Under the pieces are notes generated by a model. The model was given only the letters and a program-made list of their open reading frames with translations. It ran no database searches and had not been told where the DNA came from. Shown here one piece after another: positions 37,308-46,496 of a stretch of 64,000 bases of DNA. This DNA is from a virus: positions 32,001 to 96,000 of IMG/VR virus record IMGVR_UViG_3300042544_003795; one strand, given 5' to 3'. Position 1 is the first letter of the stretch; the number at the start of each line of letters is the position of its first letter. Position numbers and translations under genes: made by a program.

Positions 37308-37766
37308 TTAAAGCCAAGAGGGTTTTTCTCTTTTGCTCCATTTAAACAAATGAGTTTTGCCTACCCTGTAATAATCTTGATAGTCTGTCACTATGCACGA
37401 GGTTTTACATGCCTCAATAGCGCCAAAGCAACGAGGAGGATCAATAAATCCAGTGTCAGGCAGATTAGGCAAATTATCAGCGAACCAATCTGCAACATTT
37501 TGGCTTTTATGTTTTTTACCATATCTGTATGTATACTCGCCACACAAAGCGTAACAATAATCTAAAGTCCAAATAAAGTTGTCGAGGCTAGATCTAACCC
37601 AGACAGCCATGGGATGATTAGCATGAGTGTGTTTGTAAGGAGCGCCTCCCTTAGGATAAGCTGTCGCCATCATCTGGCAAGCTTCAAGGATGATTTTTAC
37701 CACATGGCGGTCCACATGGTACTCTGCGCATTTTTTTGGTTCAAGGTCAAGGAAGAAGATGTTCAC
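37308..37766 (-). CDS. Pyrimidine-dimer DNA glycosylase / endonuclease V-like
   Basis: MNIF.LD..P...A..H.D.HVVK..LE..Q, H.NHP, EYTYRYGK.H. Confidence 0.85.
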   Translation of the reverse strand: MNIFFLDLEPKKCAEYHVDRHVVKIILEACQMMATAYPKGGAPYKHTHANHPMAVWVRSSLDNFIWTLDYCYALCGEYTYRYGKKHKSQNVADWFADNLPNLPDTGFIDPPRCFGAIEACKTSCIVTDYQDYYRVGKTHLFKWSKREKPSWL

Positions 37767-37836
37767 AGAATGAATATACTACTTTTCACAAGAAAATCAA
37801 TAGCTTTTTTTCACAGAAAGCTAAAAAACTGTCAAA

Positions 37837-38238
37837 TGGTGGACCTAGTGGGTAATGCTCCCACGTCTTTAATTCTTCCTCACCGATTAGTTACATGTTT
37901 TTCTTTTTTTTCGATAAAAGACAATCTATTTTCTTTTACTGTAAAACAACAGTCATTTTGAGAAAATGATAAACAAACTTATTTTCTTTAAATAAGCAAA
38001 CTAGCTATTTTCTGTTTAAAGGAATAACTTCCCACCCTGCTAGACAGATGCCATTTCTGGACTGTATTTTGCAAGTACCTCGTCTGCTGAATTGAAGATG
38101 GCTTCAGCTTCGGCAATCAAGGCGTCGAACTCATTGGTTTCGGCATTTATTTGTTTTTTCCCGTTTTTTAAAGTGGCCAACGAGAATCCACTACATGCTA
38201 ACCAGTAACTCGAAATTAAATCGAATCTATTTAGGCCC
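37837..38238 (-). ncRNA. ssrA: tmRNA
   Basis: 5' GGGCCTA...GATTCGA pairs with 3' TAGGTCC-ACCA (G3:U70), T-arm, ATAAAT-GCC resume site, internal tag ORF 38144..38040. Confidence 0.93.
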
Positions 38239-38258
38239 AAAAATTTCAAAGAACAGAC

Positions 38259-38549
38259 TTAAGGTTGTAAATTAAACCCAAAGTAAATAGGATTACCTTC
38301 CACAGGCAAATAAAGATCATCCACCGATTCTCCTAAACCTTTCTCAATCTTAGCTAAATCGTATAAAGTTTCAGATAAGGCATTGCCCTCTTCTTTCAAT
38401 CTCAAAGCCTTTACATTAAAATAATCATCAGAAGAAGACAAAAATAATTCGATCTGATAACCAATATCAGAAGCTTGGCTTACTCTTTCTGGTAAAAACC
38501 TTTTCACCAAAGGCAAATAACAGTTTTCAATTTCTTGAATAATTTTCAT
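38259..38549 (-). CDS. Hypothetical protein
   Basis: ORF in run. Confidence 0.7.
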   Translation of the reverse strand: MKIIQEIENCYLPLVKRFLPERVSQASDIGYQIELFLSSSDDYFNVKALRLKEEGNALSETLYDLAKIEKGLGESVDDLYLPVEGNPIYFGFNLQP

Positions 38550-38550
38550 T

Positions 38551-39003
38551 TTAGTCGTTTTTACAAATAATTAATTTAATTTCTGATTCTTCAAACAATT
38601 CGCTAAGCATAGAGATAATAACCTTCCAACTACCTCCAGATGTTTTACACCCCAGATCAAAAGGTATCGCGATTCTATATCCGGGTTTTAGATAAATTTT
38701 TAATTCTTCAAAAGCTAGATAAAAAGCTTCATAGTTTGTTTTTCTTCCTATTCCCTGAATTTTTTCAAAGCATAGGTTAAAAATCTCACCGTTTTTAGTT
38801 TTGATAAAACTGACCGAGCCTAGGCCTTGAGCCCTTAATAGACTTTGGTGGCAAGATTTTAATAGTTCTGGATATTGAGAGAACAGAATCTTAGATGTAG
38901 AAGAATGGCCAGACCAATTGCTATTAACTCCATGAGCAATACCATCAATCTTTTTTTCCTCGAACAATTCTATCAAGTTTGTTTTTTCTAATAGTTCTAT
39001 CAT
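38551..39003 (-). CDS. Macro-domain-like protein
   Basis: IAHGVN, IFNL, T.YEAF, IAIPF.LGC..SGG.W..I. Confidence 0.75.
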   Translation of the reverse strand: MIELLEKTNLIELFEEKKIDGIAHGVNSNWSGHSSTSKILFSQYPELLKSCHQSLLRAQGLGSVSFIKTKNGEIFNLCFEKIQGIGRKTNYEAFYLAFEELKIYLKPGYRIAIPFDLGCKTSGGSWKVIISMLSELFEESEIKLIICKND

Positions 39004-39209
39004 TTTAAATTTAGGTTTACCGAAAATAAATTCTTAACTTGATATACTCTTGATTGCCTCCCAGCACCGACATTAGTTCTCTGAGAGATCTTATTGGCGA
39101 AACCAGTTTTCTCCATAATTTTAATTAAAATATAAAACTCTTGCAGGGTCAAATTTATATTTTCCAAAACAATAGATTCGTGTAATTCCTTAACTGTGCC
39201 AGTATGCAT
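39000..39209 (-). CDS. Small hypothetical protein
   Basis: ORF; GRQSRVY. Confidence 0.6.
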   Translation of the reverse strand: MHTGTVKELHESIVLENINLTLQEFYILIKIMEKTGFANKISQRTNVGAGRQSRVYQVKNLFSVNLNLK

Positions 39210-39343
39210 TTCTTGTGGTTTGTTTTAATTTTATACAAATTATCAATCATCTACTAGTAGTTCTCAAGGGAATCTTACGCAAATTGTTATGCAATATTTT
39301 ATACACTAGTATTTAATTGAAGATCTTATCTAAATTTATATAT

Positions 39344-39679
39344 TTAGCGTAATTTTACTAAATCTTCAACATTAAATCCAGTTGAATTGTAAGTGTAAAT
39401 AAAATCATCAGGAAGAGGAGTATGGAACCCATCGAACTCTTTTCTAGAAGAAATATGATTCACAAACTCTCTAAATTCAGGTTCAATTTTCTTTGGGATC
39501 AAAGAATAAGGACTATTTAAAGCTCTAGCCATAGCAATTTCAACACCTTTTTTCTTACTAGCATTTTCTCCCTTCATTGGCATAGAAAATCCTACGTGAA
39601 CGACTCCTTTTGCTTCGTTTTTAACAGCAACAATAGTCCCTACTAGTTTTTTATCCCGTCGAATATGTTGTATTTTCAT
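39344..39679 (-). CDS. Hypothetical phage protein
   Basis: VGFS...KKKG.EIA..RA. Confidence 0.7.
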   Translation of the reverse strand: MKIQHIRRDKKLVGTIVAVKNEAKGVVHVGFSMPMKGENASKKKGVEIAMARALNSPYSLIPKKIEPEFREFVNHISSRKEFDGFHTPLPDDFIYTYNSTGFNVEDLVKLR

Positions 39680-39691
39680 TTTTATTTTTGT

Positions 39692-39910
39692 TTAATCTAA
39701 ATCACTCATTTCTTTAATAATATTCAAAAGGTCATCCCTGCTTACTATAGTAGCTGGGACCTCAGCAGGAGGAACTAATTTAGAAGAATTTAAATGATCA
39801 ATTAAATACGAACACTGACCCTTTCGATTCTCAAGTGACGTTTTTTCAACAGAAAAGATATTTTTACCGTTACGATAAGTTTTGACTAAAACAGTAGATA
39901 GTAATTCCAT
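39692..39910 (-). CDS. Hypothetical protein
   Basis: ORF in run. Confidence 0.65.
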   Translation of the reverse strand: MELLSTVLVKTYRNGKNIFSVEKTSLENRKGQCSYLIDHLNSSKLVPPAEVPATIVSRDDLLNIIKEMSDLD

Positions 39911-39935
39911 AAGTATTTTTTATTAACTAAATTTA

Positions 39936-40271
39936 TTAATCTCTGACATTTCTCATGCTTTCAGAGAAATAATCATACTCTTGCTGGAAGTCGATTTCCC
40001 ATGTGCCGGGAGACAATTTAATATCATTATGCCTATCAGCTATAGCGCAACGAACAGTGGTCTCAACTGAATTTTTTATAAAGCGCCTGTCCCCTTTTTT
40101 ATAAACATTCACTCCGGGTTTTAGATCTACGACGTGATGGTTGCCCGTTACTTCGCTGTCAGCAATTACAACATATTTACTTTCGATTTTCTCTTGTTCA
40201 GCTTCAGCAGGGAGACGAGACGAAAACAAAACACATTCACCGTGAACGATAGCTTTTTTTAATTTTTTCAT
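39936..40271 (-). CDS. His-motif beta protein, typical neighbour of DUF6745 genes
   Basis: HGEC.L, SEVTGNHH, H..I.L.PG.W....QQEYD; own promoter TTGACT-N16-TATACT. Confidence 0.8.
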   Translation of the reverse strand: MKKLKKAIVHGECVLFSSRLPAEAEQEKIESKYVVIADSEVTGNHHVVDLKPGVNVYKKGDRRFIKNSVETTVRCAIADRHNDIKLSPGTWEIDFQQEYDYFSESMRNVRD

Positions 40272-40342
40272 ATAAAGTAATAAGATGACTATTTGAGTAT
40301 ACACATTTTAGTGTTTTAGTCAAGACCTTTTTCAAAAAATCT

Positions 40343-40804
40343 TTATTTGTTTAAGTTTTTTATTAATGAATTACTGGAATTTATAACACCTTCTTTGATT
40401 GAAGTCCTAATCGTATTTCTCAAAGGTATTCTTAAAGAAGAAGTTACCGAATAAGAAAGAGAATTATCAATTAAATGACTCATGGGATTAAAAAAAGAAG
40501 AGTTTAGTAAATCCCAAGGTTCACGCCGAGTTTTTGCCAAAAGAGACATTTCTGTTAAATATCTTGTTTTTGCAATTACTTTTTGTTTATCAATATCCGC
40601 ATTCATCTCTCTGATTTTAGATTTTATTAATGGATACGCTTTAATACCATTAATATTTTCTGACATAGGATTTATGAAGGACAACATTATACCTGATGCA
40701 TTTTCAATCTCGCAGGATGACAGTAGAGAGACCCAAAACTCTTTTAAGATAGGATCTCTCAATGAAGCCCGAGCAGATTCGCCTAAAATAGAATTTTTAA
40801 TCAT
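40343..40804 (-). CDS. Tetrad-repeat array member (double length)
   Basis: NSLS YSVT SSLR IPLR NTIR TSIK; ends LIKNLNK. Confidence 0.7.
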   Translation of the reverse strand: MIKNSILGESARASLRDPILKEFWVSLLSSCEIENASGIMLSFINPMSENINGIKAYPLIKSKIREMNADIDKQKVIAKTRYLTEMSLLAKTRREPWDLLNSSFFNPMSHLIDNSLSYSVTSSLRIPLRNTIRTSIKEGVINSSNSLIKNLNK

Positions 40805-41033
40805 TATTTAAATATTCTTTAAAATAAATACTGTTTAATTCTTCGACTACATTCCTACAACATGTTGGGTCCATAGAATTAGGGATCAATAAAGATCTCC
40901 AATGAAAATCTACTATATTTTTCCTAAGACTACTTTCAAGTGAAGAATTAATAGAGTCCAAAATAGGCCTACGAATACTGGAATTATATTCCCTTGGTAA
41001 AAACCTAATTTTATTTTTCAGTCTATATGACAT
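40797..41033 (-). CDS. Tetrad-repeat array member
   Basis: SSIR RPIL DSIN SSLE SSLR. Confidence 0.7.
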   Translation of the reverse strand: MSYRLKNKIRFLPREYNSSIRRPILDSINSSLESSLRKNIVDFHWRSLLIPNSMDPTCCRNVVEELNSIYFKEYLNND

Positions 41034-41045
41034 ATAAGAAATATA

Positions 41046-42002
41046 TCAAGAAATCGAAAGGACATTTAACTCTCTGCCCCGGAATCTTTCTTTAATAGCG
41101 TCTTGCAGGGACCTGCAACGAGGAGAGACAGCTTCAACATGCCAAACTCCAGTAGTCTGATTAAGCATTTTCAAATGCGGAGCGAATTTCACCCCTACAA
41201 ATAATTTCTTCATATCCCAAAGTTCATACTCAGATTTTGTCCACCACTCCTCATCGTAATTTTCATAAGTGTCTATTTTAGTGCCCAACTCTAACATTCT
41301 CTCTACGCCGTATTTTTTGACAAAAGCCATTTTTACATCAGCATTTTTAATAGAATTATAATACTGAATATTTAATTCATGAGATGGAGTTTCAGCCAAT
41401 TCTTGAGGAACTGTTATTCCATCCAGTGACCATACATTGGGAGCGAAAGCTCCTGCATACTCAATAGCTGGACCATCGCTATCTGCATGGACTTTCCCTT
41501 CTTCATTGATTTTAATCTTCAATGGCTTTTGAGAGACAATACATACATGATCAAGAGGGAAAATCATTCCAAGTTTAGTAGAGTCTTCCCAAATTTTATA
41601 TTTAGCTAAAATATCATCTTGAACTTTAATTTTCAATTCATTAAAGACATAATCATAAAAAGAAAATAATGATGCACCGAAAGATCCATCTAGAAACGGA
41701 TTAACAAAATCAGCAAGTTTCATTCTCGTTTTACCACTTACGTAGTCCTCAACTCTCCCTAGGATCTCATTGACAGGAGTTCCCTCTAAAGCAATGTGAC
41801 AGGCAATCCATGCAAGAATAGGATTATCTACAATGATAACCGGTGTTTTTTTTCGATTCAGTAGTTCCGTTTGAATCTTATTAACAATATCTAGAGTCTC
41901 GTCATAGTCAAGACGGTCTGTATTATGACCGATAGCAATCCATTTTTTAATGTAATCCGCTTTAGCAGCTTCGTTTTCAGGAGTCAAAGATTTAATTTTC
42001 AT
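41046..42002 (-). CDS. DUF6745-like protein
   Basis: I.SLTPE...W, VCIVSQKP, G.VH..DGPAIEY, GI.VP, NA.V...V.KYG.ER. Confidence 0.85.
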   Translation of the reverse strand: MKIKSLTPENEAAKADYIKKWIAIGHNTDRLDYDETLDIVNKIQTELLNRKKTPVIIVDNPILAWIACHIALEGTPVNEILGRVEDYVSGKTRMKLADFVNPFLDGSFGASLFSFYDYVFNELKIKVQDDILAKYKIWEDSTKLGMIFPLDHVCIVSQKPLKIKINEEGKVHADSDGPAIEYAGAFAPNVWSLDGITVPQELAETPSHELNIQYYNSIKNADVKMAFVKKYGVERMLELGTKIDTYENYDEEWWTKSEYELWDMKKLFVGVKFAPHLKMLNQTTGVWHVEAVSPRCRSLQDAIKERFRGRELNVLSIS

Positions 42003-42006
42003 ATGT

Positions 42007-42213
42007 TTAAATATTTTTATATTGTTTATTTTCTACTTCTTTATATTCTAAAACTTTTTCGACATCTATACAGTTTAAAGCTTTTCTTTTTAACGAATGA
42101 GGACAATTAGCTCTATAAGCCTTCCAGACAATTTTACCATCATAATTTTGCAATTTAATGTGCCAATTTTTGATTAATCTAATTTGATTTCTTTTTTTAT
42201 TTTGAACAGTCAT
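42007..42213 (-). CDS. Hypothetical protein
   Basis: Coupled ORF. Confidence 0.6.
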   Translation of the reverse strand: MTVQNKKRNQIRLIKNWHIKLQNYDGKIVWKAYRANCPHSLKRKALNCIDVEKVLEYKEVENKQYKNI

Positions 42214-42392
42214 TTTATGAGGTTCATAATTTTATATTTCAACGGATCTATAATGCTCGCCGAGATCTCTCCGTCAAAAAAAGCATTGTCTATTATAAAG
42301 TCAACACTTTCTTTTTTAGAAATATTTGTGTACTCATGATCATCTTCAAATTTTTGTTTACACAGATCTAAATATTGATTAATCGTTTTCAT
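42210..42392 (-). CDS. Hypothetical protein
   Basis: Coupled ORF. Confidence 0.6.
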   Translation of the reverse strand: MKTINQYLDLCKQKFEDDHEYTNISKKESVDFIIDNAFFDGEISASIIDPLKYKIMNLIK

Positions 42393-43963
42393 TTAATTTA
42401 TCAATTATATCATTTATTGAAAGATCTTTAACCATATTATTATCTGGATAGTTTATTAAATCATAAATTGAGCGTCGAATAGAAAATGCATTAAACGAAG
42501 AATGAAAAATTAAATCATTAATTAAAAACAGAAAAGAACCCTGTATTCCAAGGCACACTTTATGACCAATTATATCATTGACTTTATACTCGTTAATATT
42601 AGAAATTTTCATTTAATTTGTTAATCATTTTTTGTGTTAATCTTCCAATTGAATTCCCGAATGGATTTTCAACTAAATGATAAATTGAATCATCTGTTAA
42701 ATCCTCAATTGAATGAAGAAATGGGTTTTGTATTAAATTCAAAATTTTCCATTTAACTGAATCATAAACTAAATTATAAGTTCCGTAACAGTACAAACTA
42801 AAACTTTTCATTCAATTGATCTATTAAATATTCTGTTGAATTACAGATTGAAATGAAATAACTATCAGAAAAATCTACGATTGAGTTCTCAATAGAAGGA
42901 ATTAATGGATTACTGATAGCGTATAAGATTGAATCCCAGACTGGAATTTTTACAGAACGCGAAACTCTACCATGAAGCGGATTAAAATCAATCATTTAAT
43001 TTGTTAATTGAATTTATAGATTGACGCAAGATTTTATTGCCAGTCGAAACTTGTACAACATTAGAAACAGTATTTTTAACTAAATAATAATTTGAATTTC
43101 TGAATGAACTGTATATAGAATCTATAGATGAAGAATCACTAATAGAATGGAATATACGTTCACTGATTGTAATTTTTATGTTATAAAGATTTCTCATTTA
43201 GCTTTTTAATTAAATTTAGTTCTTTAATCGAATTTATAAATGAATCCTCTACTGAATTTTCACTTGAACCTCTCACTTTCGAAAATGTTGACTCCGAGAG
43301 AGAACAGAATAGTGAATAGTCAATCGAATTATAAATTATTAAACAAATTTGATTGTAAACAGATTCATTTATTAATTTTTGAACTTTATTAATACTTTTC
43401 ATTCATTTTTTTAACTAAATTTTTAGCAGAATCTTTTACTGAATATTTGACAGGATCTCGACCCATAAAATATATAGGAGAAAAAAGATAATTCTTTAAA
43501 GAAAAAAGGGAATCTAATCCGCTAATTGAATTATAAACTGATGTCCAAATTTTATTTTTCATTCAATTCTTTAATTAATTTTTGAGCAGAACTTTGAATT
43601 AAATTTTCAGAGGAATCTCTAACTGGAATTTCAATTAGAGTATAAATTAAATTTTGGACTGAATAATCAACAGAGTGACGTAGAGAATTATAAAGTAGAT
43701 TTGTTATTTTATTCCTTACTTCCCATCGTATATGAACACTTTGCATTTAAATTATCTATAAGAATTTTTGATGAATTTTGAATAGCTCGCCATATAAAAT
43801 TATTAACTGCATGTCCAACAGAATCCTGAAAAGAATAAAGAGTTGGATTTAGCATTGAAGTCGAAATTGATTTCCACATTAAATCAGAAATTAAATTACT
43901 TGTTTTAATAAGTTTTTCATTTACTTGATCATTATAAATGCGAATTTTATAAGAAGGTTTCAT
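42379..43963 (-). CDS. Eight tandem overlapping 57-84 aa tetrad-repeat paralogues (43709..43963, 43552..43746, 43389..43562, 43181..43402, 42988..43197, 42798..42995, 42599..42811, 42379..42612)
   Basis: x-S-[ILV]-x four-residue periodicity, C-terminal LIxxLNEK-like end; 43389..43562 is absent from the track. Confidence 0.8.
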
Positions 43964-43975
43964 TCTTTGTTTACT

Positions 43976-44359
43976 TTAGTTAGACTCCCAATCTCCTTCG
44001 CCATTTGTGAAATAAACATTTTTAAAATTTAATTGATTCAACATATTAGAACAGCATTCGCAAGGCTTACTCTGATTGAACTCTCCATTCCTGTCAATCC
44101 TTAATACAGCCAAAGAATATTTTCTGCAATCAGTCTTACCAAATTTAATGGCCGCAGCAAGTTCTGCATGGAGACGAGAGAAATCTTGATACCCATATTT
44201 TTTAATTTGAGGATGAGTCTTTTTTGAATTCACCCCTATTGATAATATATTATTACCTTTAAAAATAAACGCAATATGGAAACACCTGCTCTCACGAGAT
44301 AAGTTATCCCAAGCTAAAGTTTTAATTCTTTCTAAAACTTTTCTTTTTTTAATTATCAC
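43976..44359 (-). CDS. Cytidine/dCMP deaminase-like Zn protein
   Basis: LHAE..A and SKPCECC. Confidence 0.85.
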   Translation of the reverse strand: MIIKKRKVLERIKTLAWDNLSRESRCFHIAFIFKGNNILSIGVNSKKTHPQIKKYGYQDFSRLHAELAAAIKFGKTDCRKYSLAVLRIDRNGEFNQSKPCECCSNMLNQLNFKNVYFTNGEGDWESN

Positions 44360-44568
44360 TTTTTGTCCTTTAAGAATGAGGAATCTATAGACTTGAGTAT
44401 ACTTGCCAATGCTTCGATTTCTGAACCTTTAGTCTCTTCTACTAAAACCACTTTTTCATTTGAATTGTCAACGACTTCTAATAGCCAAGACTTTTCTCCA
44501 AAATCTATACGTTTTAGGAAATTTACACTATAACCATAATAGTTTATAATACTAAAGGGAATGCTCAT
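44356..44568 (-). CDS. Hypothetical protein
   Basis: Coupled ORF. Confidence 0.6.
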   Translation of the reverse strand: MSIPFSIINYYGYSVNFLKRIDFGEKSWLLEVVDNSNEKVVLVEETKGSEIEALASILKSIDSSFLKDKK

Positions 44569-44585
44569 TTCTCATGACTGTACTG

Positions 44586-45263
44586 TCATTTTATCTTACT
44601 GTCAATAGGTTTTCTTACTTCTATATAATATTTACTATTATTATTATCATAGCAGATTAAAGAAGATTCCCCCTTTGGTAAAGAATCTTGGAAATACTCA
44701 TCAACAATTTCCCATGCTTTTTCTGGTAGTTTATTTAACAAATTCTTATGAATTTCCAAATTGATCTCTGGGTCTTCGATGTAAAATTCTTTAGTTTTCT
44801 TAAAGCCTAGAATCTCAGGTAAAGGCTCATCAGAAACTTTACAAGGATCATCAAATTGACGGAAGAAAGGATTAAAGAAACCATTATTAAAGTGAACAGC
44901 TAAAAACTGCTCAAAGGTTTTTTGAATTTCATATGCTATATTACCCCTTCCTATTTCTTTACTTGAAACAGAAAAAAATTGTGTCCCTTCTAAAGCAGGC
45001 CTCTTAATAGCTAAATTTATTGGGTACGAGTTTTTATCAAGCTCTGAAATATTTTCAAATTTGCGTTTAGATGGGAAAACCGTATCCATAACAATAGAAC
45101 TAATCAATTGTTTTTCTTCTGCGCAAAGAAATTTATCTTGATAAACAATGTCTAGAGCTATATCAACCTGACCGGATCGAAGCCTTGAATACATTTCAAC
45201 AGCATCTTGAATTAGCTTAAGATGTTTAAGAGTCAGTTTTACGGTATAGAATTCTGGGTTCAT
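44586..45263 (-). CDS. Hypothetical phage protein
   Basis: 225-aa ORF. Confidence 0.75.
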   Translation of the reverse strand: MNPEFYTVKLTLKHLKLIQDAVEMYSRLRSGQVDIALDIVYQDKFLCAEEKQLISSIVMDTVFPSKRKFENISELDKNSYPINLAIKRPALEGTQFFSVSSKEIGRGNIAYEIQKTFEQFLAVHFNNGFFNPFFRQFDDPCKVSDEPLPEILGFKKTKEFYIEDPEINLEIHKNLLNKLPEKAWEIVDEYFQDSLPKGESSLICYDNNNSKYYIEVRKPIDSKIK

Positions 45264-45415
45264 CTTATTTTATTCTTCTTCAGAGTTTTGTTTTTTCTTT
45301 TTAAAGGAATTTATTTTTTTTGATTTCTTCTTTGAGAATATCAAATCCCAGTTTTCATTATATTTTTTATAATCTGAAATACGATTTCTGTCACCTTTTC
45401 CGTTTTGCATATTTA

Positions 45416-45649
45416 CTAATTTACTTTTTTGAAAATTTCGTAGTCGCTTTTGTGCTCAACATATTTGTTCCATATAGGTTTATGGATTTCCCTATTACTG
45501 ACTGCATACTCTCCTTTATATAGAGAATATGAACATTTGCCTACACTATCAAGGTAAATATAAAGAAGTTTTGCCTTCTCCATACTCTCGTTGTCCTTTT
45601 GTCTTTTTTCGATTAAATTTGAAATAAATTTAGAAAATAGGTTTTTCAT
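45416..45649 (-). CDS. Hypothetical protein
   Basis: Own promoter TTGACA...TATATT. Confidence 0.6.
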   Translation of the reverse strand: MKNLFSKFISNLIEKRQKDNESMEKAKLLYIYLDSVGKCSYSLYKGEYAVSNREIHKPIWNKYVEHKSDYEIFKKVN

Positions 45650-45698
45650 TGGATCTTTAATATATAGAGAAAAAAAAGGTTGTCAAGTTTTTTATTTT

Positions 45699-46475
45699 TT
45701 ATAAATTAATATTTTTTCTTCTTATAAAATTTAAATCGAAGGTTGTATAATTAATAGGATATTTATTAAATGGCAAAAGTGTAGGGCTAGTATATCTCCA
45801 ACCTGCCCCCCATTTTTCATTCAAATATTCAAAGTTAATTAAATTAATTTCATTCAATCTTTTTGCTAAATCAGGATTAGATTTTTTAGTTTGACTCCCA
45901 TGAATATAATATTCTGTACAGAATCCTGTCCCATGCAAATAAGGCTTGCTCAAATTACACACTCTTTTAATATTTCCATTATGCAATCTCAATATATAAT
46001 CAGCATCTTCACTATAAGCAGGAGTAAGATTCTCATCGAATAAACCATATTGCTGAATTACAAAATCTTTAATCAAGAAAAGATCCCATGCTCCTTGGCC
46101 GAAATCTCCTCCATAAGGATGCACCATACCCACCTCTGGGTCTTTAGCATTTTCGAAGATTTCTTCTAGCAGTCCCTCTGTGAATGCTATATCGTCGTTT
46201 ACTATGATCCAATACGGAGAATTTATATAAGATTTTATAATCAAATTCCAAGCTGCCGAAACTCCTAAATTAGCAGGTAAATGACATATAAATAATTTAT
46301 CAATAAATTTATTCTCTATTAATCTTAACTTTTCAAGTTCGTTTGTTATTTCGTCTTTTCCATTATTATTAAATATAATAAAATTCTCCAATGGGTAATC
46401 TATACTTTCATATAAACGCTTTACCCAATGGGGATTTTTCATTACAGCTGTTCCTATAACAGGTATTTTATTCAT
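45699..46475 (-). CDS. GT-A (GT2-like) glycosyltransferase
   Basis: NLGVSAAWN, IVNDD, GLFDENL.PAY.ED.DY. Confidence 0.85.
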   Translation of the reverse strand: MNKIPVIGTAVMKNPHWVKRLYESIDYPLENFIIFNNNGKDEITNELEKLRLIENKFIDKLFICHLPANLGVSAAWNLIIKSYINSPYWIIVNDDIAFTEGLLEEIFENAKDPEVGMVHPYGGDFGQGAWDLFLIKDFVIQQYGLFDENLTPAYSEDADYILRLHNGNIKRVCNLSKPYLHGTGFCTEYYIHGSQTKKSNPDLAKRLNEINLINFEYLNEKWGAGWRYTSPTLLPFNKYPINYTTFDLNFIRRKNINL

Positions 46476-46496
46476 TTATTATTTTTTTGTATGTAT

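Noticed and set aside
38040-38249. 69-aa protein-coding gene
   Set aside because: Lies within the tmRNA; only the tag part is expected to be translated
31417-43963. Diversity-generating retroelement behind the paralogue arrays
   Set aside because: No reverse transcriptase and no adenine-specific template/variable repeat pair seen
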